Shown piece after piece: positions 1 through 14,349 of a stretch of DNA of 64,000 nucleotides; position 1 is the stretch's first letter, and each line of letters begins with the position of its first letter. Source of the stretch: Octopus vulgaris (Eukaryota). The notes beneath the pieces were generated by a model. That model was not told the origin of the DNA and made no database searches. It was given only the letters and a program-made list of their open reading frames with translations. The position numbers were made by a program, and so were the translations under genes. The DNA lies in assembly GCA_951406725.2 (NCBI GenBank), contig OX597816.1, forward strand, positions 153,140,001 to 153,204,000. The letters are read 5' to 3'.

Positions 1-199
1 TCACACACGCTGACACACGCTCACACATGCATACGCTCACACACACACACATATACATACACAGACCACACACATAAACACACTCACCCCCCACCATCTC
101 TTCCTCTACACACTTTCCGCTCCTTAATTCTATTAGATGGCAAATAATATTCAGATGGATAGAAAAGAAGATATTTTGCCACTTGTGTAAAATAAATCA

Positions 200-700
200 A
201 AATGGTAATACTGTGTTTTTTGCTGTTGTCGTTGTTGTTGCTATGGTTGTTAATGTTGAAGTTGCTACCGCTTTTTGCTGCTGCTGCTGTTTCTCGGTTT
301 TTATTGTTTTTATTTGCTCCTAATACAGTTGTTGTTGCTGCTGCCGTGGTTGCCGTTGTTGTTATTTGTTGCTTTTCTTACTGCTTTTCTTTCTTCCATC
401 CGCTGCTGTTGAGTAGTTTGCCGTTATTATAGTTGTTGGTGCTATTATTTGCTATTTATCTGGTTGTTACTGTTCAAATTGGCTGTTGTTATTACTCCTG
501 CAATTTTAGATGTCGTTATTGTTGTGGCCACTGATATTGTTTGACGATGATGATGGCTGTTTTCGTTATTGTTGTTGCTTTTGCTGTTGCTGTCGTTATC
601 GTTGTCTTTGTTATTGCTATCGATGTTCTTTCTGTTGTTGCCAATGTTGCTATTTAATGCTGCCCTTCTTCTCATAGTGGTTGCTGTTGTTATTGCTTTA
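200..700. repeat. Degenerate (GTT/GCT/ATT)n low-complexity tract
   Basis: Imperfect trinucleotide repeats; they explain the poly-L/V/A and poly-N ORFs. Confidence 0.8.
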
Positions 701-1329
701 GTCGCTAACTTTATTCTCCATCAGTGAATCTCCGTAAGTTTTCTGCCAAATATATCGACAATCTGGCACGAATAAAATTTAATGATCGATTCAGTATGTA
801 CCAGTCATAAACTGAGATTGATTTAACCAGTCATGAAATAAAGATGTTCTGAAACTATAAATGAGCAATTAGTTCAGCTCTGAACAATTGTTCTTCCAAT
901 AAAACGTTATGGTCGACTTTACTCTCTCCGGGTTTTGACTACATCAGAATATAACATGTATGAGAAGTGAATTTGACTGAATCAGTAATCGAATATACAC
1001 TGTAGACTCAGATTTGCGAGAGCTGTCTTAATATTCTACAGCACTGCCACTTAGGGATTATAACTAATTAGTCAAAAGTTATTCAGCCAAGGTCGACTTT
1101 TCTCTTCCTATCTCTGCAAAGATTGAGAGTATTCCAAGATGAGTCATGCTGTTGAGGAAGGAAGTGTACAACATAAGAGATAATGTTAAGTCCATGATTC
1201 TACTAAATGCAGAGGTAAAAGATTATGGTACAACAATGAGGTTGATTATTGTCACTTATCCCCAGGTCAACTCTGATGGTGCTAACATACTATCAATTGC
1301 ATTCTAGCTATGACCACTGCATCCTTCTA

Positions 1330-2230
1330 CATGTTGTCAGGGCTTCGTTATCTAATACATCTTTGATGTATGGGGATGAGATGTCGAATGTCTGCATTGC
1401 TATGGTAATGTACGATCATTTGACCTCCTGGTATATCTAGTAAGATTTGAACGTCAGGCCTTGTGGAATGAATAGTTTCTTTTGGTCAGAATATTCATCT
1501 GTTAACAACACCCGCTCGAGAAAGAGGGTTTATGACTCGCAAGAATTTGCTGAGTCTAATACATAGATTACCTAACGATATGCATGTCTGGTCGTCGTTT
1601 GTTACAGTTCATTTCTTTAACTGAATAGATCTTATACATTTAGCTCGATTATCAATCTTTGCATTCTGCAGAAAGTTAACGGAGATTATAAGTAATTGAG
1701 GATACTCAGGGTGTCGATGGGAATGCGCTAAACAAATTTTTCTGGATGATTTTGAGGTCAGGTATTATGGATAATGTCCAAATATTTGTAGGTTGAAAGT
1801 TCCACGAAGATGTGTAATTGACAGTTCTGAATAAGCTCCTCAGGCACAGTAGTTCCACAAGTGACACTTGTCTGAGTTTCGGGGTAAATGACGAAGCCTT
1901 TCTGCCTGCATTCGTCGGTGTCCATACATTGATGATTTGTGGAATTATATAAAAAAAATTGTTTCACGTATCTCATTTAAAAGAGGAGGGCACGCCATGC
2001 ATAATTAAGTGGAAGCTCCTCAAACAACCGAGGTCATATATCAACAGGAGCAAATGATGTAAGCTTTGCTTGGCAGAGAGAGCAAGAATCCTAAAAAACT
2101 CGCTTGACTTGGGGACCACTTTTAAACTCCAAAAAGGAAGTGTTTAGTCAATGTCCTCATCAGAGACGTTTCCTGTTGCAAGCTTGAAGTACCTCGTTTT
2201 ACCAATTAGGAAGATGCGACCAACTTCGTA
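1330..2230 (-). pseudogene. Highly decayed non-LTR retrotransposon RT fragment
   Basis: Minus strand has AAAAGTGGTCCCCAAG..TTAGGATTCTTGCTC (KSG-PQ..LGFLL, like SGVPQGSVLGPLL) near 2085-2125 and STYKYLDII (like FKYLG) near 1775-1800; many stops and indels. Confidence 0.5.
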
Positions 2231-2241
2231 AATCGTTACGG

Positions 2242-2308
2242 TAGAACTGATGTAAGGTGGGATGGGTAACCCCACCCGTCCTGAAACCCTACCCACGAGG
2301 TCATTCTG
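2242..2308 (+). ncRNA. Decayed type I hammerhead-like motif
   Basis: TAGAA-CTGATGT(A)-imperfect hairpin AGG..CCT-GAAA-CCCT..AGG-TC-ATTCTG; 1-nt irregularities in the core and stem I. Confidence 0.4.
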
Positions 2309-2392
2309 GATATACTTTTTGTTTACAAAACTAACTAACCTAGTTGTTTTCCTCCCTCCAGTTGTAGAGAGTTTATGTACCTCTGACCATTT

Positions 2393-2452
2393 GAGTCTGA
2401 CGAGTCTTCTGTACAGCTAAGCGCTTTGTAGGTGCAAAACCAATGGTCATTC
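2393..2452 (+). ncRNA. Minimal type I hammerhead ribozyme motif (G12A-damaged)
   Basis: Stem I GAGT/ATTC, core CTGACGA, stem II, (A)AAA, stem III ACCAATGGT, GTC site. Homologous to 30967-31022; followed by (TA)n. Confidence 0.7.
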
Positions 2453-2643
2453 TCTGACCAGACATAGCAGTCAACCTTATATGTATATATATATATAATA
2501 CATTTTGTGGATGAACAAGCCTCCATACTCTTTATTATTAATAATATTATATACTCCGGACAATTTCTACCGGAATTCACCATCGAAAGAATTCACGGAG
2601 TGACCAGCAATAAACAATAGTCACAGACGTTAAATACTGATCG

Positions 2644-2644
<1 letters not shown>

Positions 2645-2723
<79 letters not shown>

Positions 2724-2749
2724 TATATAATATAATATAATATAATATA

Positions 2750-2807
<58 letters not shown>

Positions 2808-2815
2808 TATATATG
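2645..2815. repeat. Compound (TG)n/(TA)n/(TATAA)n microsatellite
   Basis: Directly visible. Confidence 0.95.
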
Positions 2816-3115
2816 TGTATATGGGTACAGGACATCACCAACTGTGCAAATAATATACACACGAGAGATATATACAAGATGTGGACAGTAATTGCTGGGC
2901 AAAAACGAATGAAATACGTAAACAACGAGGAAAAATGGAAAACAGGACAAGTTAACACAAAAAAGAACCCTTCATCAGTTGTCGGCTGTCTATCTACTCG
3001 TCCTCCTAACCAAGAGAGTGCCATATTATTATGAAAGGTGCATGAATACGTGAAAATGTTATGTAAATATATGTATATCATAAGAGTAGCAACATGTATC
3101 CTATATTATTATTGT

Positions 3116-3530
3116 ATATTTCTTTACTGCCCACAAGGGACTAAAGATAGAGGGAACAAACAAAGACAGACAAAGGGATTAAGTCGATTAGATCGACCCC
3201 AGTGCGTAACTGGTACTTAATTTATCGACCCCAAAAGAATGAAAGGCAAAGTCGACCTCGGCGGAATTTGAACTCAGAACGTAGCGGCAGACGAAATACC
3301 TATTTCTTTACTACCCACAAGGGGCTAAACACAGAGAGGACAAACAAGGACAGACACACGGATTAAGTCGATTATATTGACCCCAGTGTGTAACTGGTAC
3401 TTAATTTATCGACCCTGAAAGGATAAAAGGCAAAGTCGACGTCGACAGAATTTGAACTCAGAACGTAGCGGCAGACGAAATACCACTAAGCATTTCGCCC
3501 GGCGTGCTAACGCTTCTGCCAGTTCTCCGC
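3116..3530 (-). mobile_element. tRNA-derived SINE family A, dimeric (head + body + headless body)
   Basis: Head GGCGG..CTGGCAGAA.CGTTAGCAC, B box GAGTTCAAATTC, core GTCGACTTTGCCTTTCATCCTTTCGGGGTCGAT present twice; many copies in the window. Confidence 0.9.
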
Positions 3531-3589
3531 ATTTGAGAGTAAGGTGCACTACAAAATATTGCAGTTAGGAAACAAATGTTTACTTACTA

Positions 3590-4330
<741 letters not shown>

Positions 4331-5119
4331 TAATACCACCACCACCACCACCACCATCTTCTTCATCATCTTCTTCATCTTCTTCATCACCATTGTTGTT
4401 GTTAATATAAATCACACTTAACTACTTTGTGAGTTTGAAAATGTTTTGCTATTATTCATTGTGTTGTTTATTTTGTTGTAAAAGTGATTTGAACAAAGAT
4501 CGAAACCGATTAAGAAGTTAAGAAGTTGCAAGGCGAACTTCTTAACAATTCTGTCATACTGCGCCGACAGCATTGGCTTGCTATTGCAATAACGATGATG
4601 ACAATGATGATTATGCTGATGCTGATGATGATGAAGTAGGAAGAAGCAACACACAAAAAAAAGAAAATGATATGGCAGAACGCTAACGACTTATACATCA
4701 TCATCGTCGTCGTTACCGTCGTCATCATCATCATCATCATCGTCGTCGTCGTCGTCATGATCATTCTTATCTTTCTTGACAAGGCGTTATAATACGCTCG
4801 TTCGATTGCTGGTGGTTTAAGGTTCAGCTTAAGAGTGGTATGAAGGATTGATAGGTAGGTGGTTGTGATATCACCAATTGGTAGTGGTTGAGGAGTGAAA
4901 GCGAGAAAGAGAGAAGGAGAAAGACAAAATGTGAGGAAGAGAGATAGCGAGTGAGTGAGAGAGAGAGCGAAAAAGAGAGAGGAAGGGAGAGAGTTGAGGA
5001 AGAATTTAGAAGAGGCATTATTCAGCCTTCAATCTCATTAATTATTGATTGCACGTCTTGATGACTCCGAGAGAATAGGAAGTATTTATTATGTAGCGAA
5101 AGAGAATAAGGTAAAACAA

Positions 5120-5343
5120 TATGTATGTATGCATGTATGTATGTATGTATGTATGTATGTATGTATGTATGTATGTATGTATGTATGTATGTATGTATGT
5201 ATGTATGTATGTATGTATGTATGTATGTATGTATGTATGTATGTGTATGTATGCATGAATGCAGGCATTATGTATAAGTATATACACAGATGGACAAATA
5301 TATGTGTTTGTGCGCGTGTGTGTACATATATGCATTCGTATAA

Positions 5344-5411
<68 letters not shown>

Positions 5412-5436
5412 ACATACATACATACAAAATACATAT

Positions 5437-5482
<46 letters not shown>

Positions 5483-5498
5483 TTTATATATATATAAA

Positions 5499-5557
<59 letters not shown>

Positions 5558-5830
5558 TATGTGTGTGTGTGCGCGCGTGCGCATGTGTGCGTGTATGTAT
5601 ATATCTTTATGAATAGGCTTTTGACATTTATATGTATGTGTGTTTATTTGTATTTATCTGTCGATAATGTTAGTGTGCATATGTATATGTTATTGCCTTC
5701 ATACCTACCTACCTACCTACTTACCTATCTACCTACCTACCTACCTACCTACCTACCTACCTACCTACATACATACATACATACATACATACATACATAC
5801 ATACATACATACATACATACATACATACAT
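5120..5830. repeat. (TATG)n, (TA)n, (TACC)n, (TACA)n microsatellite cluster
   Basis: Directly visible. Confidence 0.95.
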
Positions 5831-6724
5831 CTCTGCGCGCATTTATACATTCATTCATATAAGAATTCCTAATCCCATATACATACCACATTTGCATGTC
5901 AATGATTGCATAACAAACCATTTAAATGATGGAACGCTACCGAATGCTATAGTCCCAAAATGGCGTCAGCTGAGCTGAATTACAGGACTCTTCACACGTC
6001 TGTATTGCACTCGAATTATATTGCCTATCTAATGCGGCTGCAATTGGAGCAGACGACGCAAAGGTCTTAACTCTTCATGTCAATACTTTTGACGTTTGGC
6101 TCGCGTCTAACACGATATTGAATTTAATTTGTACGTGTTCAGTATGTCCGTCCATTCTCTGGGTTGCTTTGTTCGCAAATTCTACAGCCTTTTTGTTTTT
6201 CTTTCTGTTCATCTGTTCATCGTCCGGCTAGATTGCCTTCCTGCCAATGTACATGAATGAATGTATGAATGAATGTGTATACTCTGCATGTGTGCGTTCT
6301 TCATTTATACATATATGCTTACATACATAAAAAAAATTATATACACGTACTTGCACACACATACTGACGCACACGCACACGCATACTGAGGCACACGCAC
6401 AAAGCAAACAAAGACACACAAACGGACGCACGCACACACACACACACACACGCACGCACACACACACACACACATACACACACACACACACGCACGCACG
6501 CACACGAATACACAAAGGTGAATTTGGAAAGAACCATTTGCAGAAGACTTAAACGCAGTTATTGAAGCAAATGACAAGACTGAGGCTCTATTTGTAACCC
6601 TCAAAGGAGACAGAAAAGTTTTCCTAATGTGTCCGTAAGTCGGTATTAGGTTTGTTTTTCTGATCATTATTGATTTACGATGTAATGGTTCTTTGTCAAA
6701 CATCAATTGCACCATTTCGAACTA

Positions 6725-7092
6725 CAGTGATACTTCGCAGTACGAGTTTAATTCGTTCCATGACCGAGCTCCTCTTACCATTTACTCGTTTTACAAATCA
6801 ATAATTAATTCGTTCAAGCCCCCACTCCCTCACCAAACCATTCAAAAATAATTTTTTATGGGTTTTAAAACAGAAAAGGTGTAGTTACAAGTAAAATGAC
6901 AATTATAAAAAAGGAGAATGCAAAAGAAATATGTAAACTGGTTTTATTAACTGAATTACCTTAAAGATGGGACTATTTGTGTGCTCGTACTACGGATTTT
7001 CGCTCATACTTCAAGACAAAAATTCGCACGAGTCTCGACTCGTATCGCACACTACTCGTACAATGGTGCACTGGTACTACGAGGCTCTACTG
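6725..7092. mobile_element. Tc1/mariner-superfamily (Tigger/pogo-like) MITE
   Basis: Imperfect TIRs of about 23 bp (CAGTGATACTTCGCAGTACGAGT / ACTGGTACTACGAGGCTCTACTG), TA on both sides. Confidence 0.75.
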
Positions 7093-8421
7093 TATTATAT
7101 TATAGAGGGGCTCTCTCCAAGCTAGACAAGACGATGTCTGTAGACATATTTTTTTGCATTTGCACTCTGCTAACAAACTAAGAACAGTTACTGATCGCCG
7201 AAAGTACGACGGGGTTAACGGTAAAAATTTTTGTTTTATCTAAATATAATAAAACCATCTAACGATAATAAACCATTTGTTTTGTCTAACGATAATAAAA
7301 CCATCAGCATCACTATCATTCTCATGTTCTTTTTCTCCCATTATAAAATGGCAATAATAACAAGCAAATAAAACCAAGGAGATGTAGAAATGCTGGTGGA
7401 TCGAGAAAGTTTATTGTTCAAAACAAATTTCAAAAAGTTTATGAGAAAATATGAACAATTCTTAATAGAAAGATAAAAACAAAATGAGTGCAGTTTTGTT
7501 TCTTTTATTTTATAGTCAACGTTGTTCTCTTTCTGCTGCGAGTTATAATTAGAGAAAGCTCAGCTCATTTATTATTATTTTTGTTTTTTGACAATATACC
7601 CGAAGGAACCTACGTAGTTGACATATCGCTGCTGTATTTACTCTCTACCATTCCTGTGTAATGATTATTATCTAATGATCTGTTTGACTTGATGGAGATA
7701 ATTTCGATTTGGTACCCTAGCGCATCAGCATTCCAAGACTAGTTGAACGAGTATCTTCGCATGTATATCCTGTTTATGTTCGTCTTAATGATTTATATGT
7801 CATAATGTTCATCATATTTGGAGTGCGACAATAAATCACTTTTAAATAACTTCTGTTGAAATTTTTGTTGTATTGCATTATGAATTGCGATCACTCCTCG
7901 TTATTAATACATCATCAACCAAAGAAAGAGTATCGTACTAGTGTGCCCGATGTAACAAACTGAATTATGAAATTTTGCAACTTTCATTTTATACTACATA
8001 AACTGACACTCAAGTGAGCTTTGTGGCTGACTAATTTCTGTTTCCGTGTTGATAAGAATTTTTTTCTTTATTCAGGTGTTTTGCAAAATCTTCTATGAGT
8101 TTGTGTTTAGATTTGGTACAAGCTGTGATTTGCTTTATGAGCTTTTAATGAATTTACAAACGCTACTGTTTCAAACTAAACATAGGATTTAAAGGAAATG
8201 CGAGAAATCGTTAGTAAAAAGATTAAATTTGAACATAAACTCTCATTATTATAAAACACTAACACTACACATACACTTATATATATGTACAATGTATATA
8301 TACATACATACATATATACATATACATAAACTAATACATACATACATACATACATACATACATACATACATACATACATACATACATACATACATACATA
8401 CATACATGCATATATACATAC

Positions 8422-8488
<67 letters not shown>

Positions 8489-8498
8489 TATGTATGTA

Positions 8499-9452
8499 TA
8501 TATGGATCAAAACAATTTGATTCAAATTCTTTGGTACACTTGAGTTTCAAGCGTGATGCTAGTCGTCAGCCATTTTATTACCGTAAAGTGAGCTGCGATT
8601 GGTCGAGGAAGGACACGTGGTGTCGTGGTTTGATGTTGGTATGTGGGTAACTGTTAGTTGAAAAATTCCGCTTGATGAACTAGAATTTGACCTCGTGGAG
8701 GACAGAAAATAGACCACGTGGTGATTAGGAAATCGGTCAGGTTATTAGGAGAAGAGTAGGAAGGAGCGGCATGTGTAAGTACATAGTTCTATATGTGGGT
8801 GTGTAGACGTGCTCAGATAGTTTTGCGTGCATGTGTATATTGATGCAAGTGCGCACATCTGCACACACACAAACACACACACGCTTGGACGAACACACAA
8901 TGCCGTACACGCAAACACATAAACACACATACGCACACACATGCACACACATACATACACGCACACACATGCGTATTCATTCATATGTACATTTGTATAT
9001 TCGCACGCATGTACGCATGCATATCAGTGTGCGCGCATATACGCATGCGCGAGCATATGTGCACTCACAAGCGCGTGCGCAAGTATACACGTGCAAAACA
9101 CGTTGGGAATTGGTTAGCGTTGGGGATTGGTATGCGTTGGAGGTTGGTATACGTTGGGGATTGGTAAATGGTGGTCCTGCTCATGGGGTTGGTTGGTTTG
9201 TTGGTAGCAGTGACCTTGGTGCAGACGATGCAGAATAGCAGCTGGTGCTAAGGTGGTATATCCGGGTTATCGGCAGTTAGAAGCCTGAAATTTACCAGAA
9301 GGGCATACCTCTGGTGACAGCGGGTTGTTGGAGGATAAGAAGTTTTTCGCGGAGGCAAAGCTGACGGTTGGGGGTGGCGGGTGAATATGGTGGCGCTCTG
9401 TAACTTCCAATAAATTGGTTGAGTTCCCCTTCTTTCGTTTGTCCAAACACTC

Positions 9453-9455
<3 letters not shown>
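8499..9455 (+). mobile_element. ~960-bp non-coding dispersed element between (TA)n/(TACA)n tracts, copy 1
   Basis: Collinear similarity to 31147-32148; AATAAA about 40 nt before the right end; flanked by microsatellites. Confidence 0.8.
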
Positions 9456-9538
<83 letters not shown>

Positions 9539-9602
9539 AGACGTTAAATAAACACACTCACACATATACATACATACATGCATACATACATACATACATA
9601 CA

Positions 9603-9634
<32 letters not shown>

Positions 9635-9785
9635 CACACACACACACACACACACATATATATGCATATGTGTGTGTTTGTATGTATGTATGTATGTATG
9701 TGTATGTATGTATGTATGTATGTATGTATGTATGTATATGTATGTATGTATGTATATACGTACATACATACATGCACATATATAT
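9454..9785. repeat. Compound (TA)/(TG)/(TACA)/(TATG) microsatellites
   Basis: Directly visible. Confidence 0.95.
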
Positions 9786-10460
9786 AAACACTTGAGTGCA
9801 GAAACAATGTCCCTGAAATGATCAGAAAATAGACAGAGAAATGTGTCCTGCAATTAGATAACTCTATTACAAAAGCAAATCATGCAATGGATGACAGAAT
9901 CAATAGTGTTCTACCTCTTTTTGCTCCAGATTTAAATTGTACTGGAAGTAATGTTCATTCTCTCCGAGTCGATCAAATTACACAATGAGAGAATATAATC
10001 CACTATACTCGAACGCAGAAATTTGTCTCTTTGTTCTTATAGTAGAAATCCTATAAAACTCTAAAAACTGCTTCTATGCCATACTTGTAGCAATATTCAA
10101 CCTTATCTGAATTAGAGAGTATTTCGGGAAACATTCACTTGGCCTGTAACACCAATTTGTGCTGCTATGCAAAATTTCAGATACTTGGATGCAAATCTGT
10201 GGCCTAAAAGTTGCAACATGCATTCACTTTTACATATGAAGATAAAAAAGGTACCGTATAGATGTAGTAATTTCTCAGTAGCTGAGTCGACGAAGTGATT
10301 TCGTTGTCTAAGGATTCGTTTAGTTCACACAATATGTTTATGTTACTACTACAAACTACCTTTTACTTGTGCTTTGAAATCCGATATATATTTACTATAT
10401 TGTAAAATTACCTCTAATATTCTAATTTCTCTATGATATCGAGGTATAACTTTATCATTA

Positions 10461-10512
<52 letters not shown>

Positions 10513-11759
10513 GTAAGACTACGCATAGGCGATGCAGAAAGTACCAGTCAAGAACTGGGATCGATTGCAGGCTTTATATAGTTTATGTTGGGTATTAATA
10601 TCATACAAAGCTCAAAACCTCCTGCCATCTTATTATCTGCAGTATCATGCTATAAAATTACCTCCTATAACTTACTATAAAAATAACGATCTCATTGGCT
10701 CATAGGGATTTGTGCGTGCGTGTGTGTGCATGTGTGTGTGAGTGCGCGTGCGTAAGTGTACACCAACGAAAACACGCTTTCTTTATGTATGAGAGAGAGA
10801 GAGAAGAGAGGGGGAGAGAGAGAGAAAGGATGACATAGAAAGGGAGAGATAGAAAGAGAAAGAAACATGTTCAAATGTCCCATGTGCTACTGCAGAAGAT
10901 AATCAATTACTTTACATTCCATGATCAAAGGTATATATATATATCAATGGTTGACCAAATCTATTCATTTCGGAACGAGTGTTTTAGATAATCATGCCAT
11001 TTTCGAGAGCATTTGTGAGTGAAAAAAACTGAGATGGGCAATTGTCTCAAGCTTTGGTACGGTAAATCGAGAGCTTGCTACCTATGATACAGCACGGCTC
11101 TGTGTATTCGCTCACGTGTGTGTGTTGCGTCTATGTGTTTGTTTTATGTATCTATATGTGTGTATGTGTGTGTGTGTGTTTGTTATGTGTTTGTCTATAT
11201 CTCTCTATGTGTGTGTTTGTAAACTCTTGGAACAGATACACGTAGACATAATTATGGAGATAAAGGCGTGTCATAGCGCAATTAGACACATTTATTAGTC
11301 ATAATATCGATTTTAATCGTTCATTTTCACAAACTGTCATTGAAGTACATTGTTACTTGCAGGTGCACCCCTTAGTTTTAGCAGGTGATGCTTTTCAATA
11401 CGAAATCAAAATGATTTTACAATCCAACCGGTCTATAGACGAAGCTGTTTTACCTTCGATTTCGCTACGTGGCACCGTGGTCTGATGTATATCTGCTAAA
11501 GCCTTGTGTATAAAATTTGATATTGAAGGGTTGCATGGAAGGCATCAGAGGAATTGCTTCTGGCATTGGCTGATAGACCTAATCTGTTACTTAGTTTGTC
11601 ACCATCACCTAGTCTTTAGGTGTTTTAGTAGAGTTCACTCTATTTCAAGCATTTGGGCCATGTTTATGGTCTGAATATAACTGTCTTTCCCCAACCATTC
11701 ATAGAGGCTACGTAAAAGGTTAAGGGACTGCCTTTTCTTCTCTTTAAACTTAATGCGCA

Positions 11760-12089
11760 TGCACTACAGAGTTCAAAGTCAATCTGTGTCAATCGACTTC
11801 ACACTGCGTGTTTTAGCTTCGTTACTATGGCAACAGTCCGCATGTTACCGGCTGACACTCGCTGACGATACACCGAAGAGGCCAGGGGACAGAAGAAAGA
11901 AGAAGAAAGAAGGCATGCACCCAACACCAGAGCTGAAGACACCTCCGAAAGGGTGGGGCCCGCCACGTCAAAACGGTAGAGGAATAGGGGCCGAAACCGG
12001 ACGTGGTTCCTCCTGATGATGTCTTGAGCTAACTGGATCCTATAAAGGAGCTGTTGTGGTAGCAGACCACGAAAGCACGGTTGTAATTC

Positions 12090-12092
<3 letters not shown>
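11760..12092 (+). mobile_element. GC-richer short element ending in (TA)n with several hammerhead-core-like words (possible PLE pLTR)
   Basis: CTGACGA, CTGAAGA and CTGATGA plus CGAAA words within 200 bp; ends abruptly at (TA)n. Confidence 0.4.
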
Positions 12093-12150
<58 letters not shown>

Positions 12151-12939
12151 CATACATATATAATTTCTTACCATTGTTTAAATTATTTTTTATCAAATAT
12201 TTGTTATTATTTTTCAATTAAATAAATGTTTTTAAACATATCTTAAAATGCTTATCTGATATTCTTTCCACCTGCATATTCTATATACTTAAATACAATA
12301 TCTATAATAATTATCTTTCTGGTATCTAGAGGTTTGTAGTGCACATACATACATACATACATACATACATACATACATACATACATACATACATACATAC
12401 ATAAATATATGCACACACATACAGACACATACATATATATATACATACATATATACATTCGTACATACATAAATATATTTATATAGTTGAAAAATATCGT
12501 TATAGGTATAAATATACCACAAACAATTATATAAAAATGGAGGAGAAAAAGATGTTGCATCAAAATTAGATTTAATTCAAATTTGGATTCATTACATACG
12601 CGCGTTTCAAAGGACAATACAAATATGTAAGAAAAAAATTATAATCATAGTAATTATAATTAAATTCATGCATTGTCATTCTCATCAGTGTGAAGAATTT
12701 TTGGAAGGACATAAAAAAAGTTTAATAAAATAAAGTAAAGTAAAATAAGATACAATAAGGGAGAATACAAAAGAGGTAATAGGGAAAAATCGGATATTTA
12801 GAAGCAAGTTGTAAAAGGGAAAAAAATAACAGTAATAATAATAGTGAGAGAGACGAAAGAGAAAAAAGACAGACATATCAATGTGTATGCACGGGAATAT
12901 GTGCAGTAAACTATAACATAAAAATAAGAATAAAAATCT

Positions 12940-13435
12940 AACAGATATGTCATCAACGTACTACTTCACAACGCAACATGATATTGTCGCTAAAACAATA
13001 TATCAGAATAAAAGACTGTCCTGTGATACTTATAGAGTATCCTTATAATTAAATTCATACATAAACATGAACACAAGGAATACTGGGGGAACGTTCATGT
13101 CAGAACTTCTAACAAGTGCGAGCATAAAAGGCCGGATATCATTGTCTAGGACAGACAAAAAAGAGTATAAACTGTCGCCAAGATCAACTGCCCTGTTGAT
13201 GTATATACCTCTTTGAAAATCAAAGATAAAAGCGGATAACTATCTTCAACTTCTCTACCCAGATTACAAATTCTAATTTATATTCGTAATAATTGATGCA
13301 CGTGATTTTGTAAGTAAATGTCTGAGTGACACTGTAGAGTTTTCACGAAAATAAATCCACCAGCTAAAACACTCATTACAAATATAATTTGTAAGCGGAA
13401 GAGTAAAACTTTGCAAAACTTTTCTCAAATTCAAC
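12940..13435 (+). pseudogene. Decayed restriction-like-endonuclease (RLE) non-LTR retrotransposon 3' fragment
   Basis: Translates as QHDIVAKTIY...EYWGNVHVRTSNKCEHKRPDIIV*DRQK...INCPVD (RHD and RPD motifs). Confidence 0.75.
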
Positions 13436-13569
13436 GTGTGGATTTGTTCTTGTTATTTACATTTCAAAAAATGGAGTCTTATATCTTTGTTACAAACCAG
13501 CTCCTTCCAAATAGGAAGTTTTCAAACAGTTAAACTAAATAGTAGAGAATACATGCATACAATAATAAC

Positions 13570-13780
13570 TTCTGATTTAGGCGAAAGTATAGCAATTTTG
13601 AGAGAGTGTAATCGATATTACCGAACCCAGTACTTCACTGATACTTAATTTTATCAACCACTGCGAGATGAAAAATAAAGTTGAACTCGGTGGGGTTTGA
13701 ACTCAGACGGTAAAGTGCCGAAGTAAATATTGCAAAGTATTTTTCCCCACACTTCTAACGATTCTGTTCGCTCACCCAAA
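13570..13780 (-). mobile_element. Diverged SINE family A
   Basis: CCCAGTACT..GATACTTAATTTTATC..TTTGAACTCAG motifs. Confidence 0.65.
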
Positions 13781-14349
13781 AGCTATTTATTCCTAGTTTG
13801 TGTTGCCACGTTTCAAAACATTTCATTTTTAACTTATATAACCGTCTATCAATCCATGAAATCGAAGCTAATAAAACCTCTGACATCATAATAGAGAGAT
13901 AACTAAATAAGTAAATGCCTGTGGCAGTTGACGATAATAATTAGCGGAATGAGGTTTGAAAATGGTTCTAATGTAGAAAAGAAGACGAAGAGTTATATAG
14001 GAATAACAAAGAGCAGGAGAGTTGGTGAGGAAAGAAATAACGGACAAAGAGAGAAAGAGAAGAGATGTAAGGAGTAGAAAGAAGGTAAACAAAAAGGCCT
14101 GATGAATTAAAGAAAAGCCAGAAAAGAATGAAGCATGATGGGTATATAATATATACAGAAATTACTAGATTAAGAACTGCGTCTATAATGCACTTATTAG
14201 ACTTCATCTACAAGTTTAACCCAAACATATAACCAGTACCTGCATATAATTTATCGTCTGAGAAAGCTACTTCACGGCGAAACTTCGAAGTCATTATCAA
14301 ACTTTTCCTTCTATGTGTGTATGTGTATATGATTGAAATATATGATGGT

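Noticed and set aside
2880-2985. Minus-strand GACAA-CTGATGA-AGGG hammerhead start
   Set aside because: No GAAA box or stem III in this copy; it may be a decayed member but cannot be supported.
14095-14122. GGC-CTGATGA-ATTAAA-GAAA-AGCC
   Set aside because: No stem II and no UH cleavage site.
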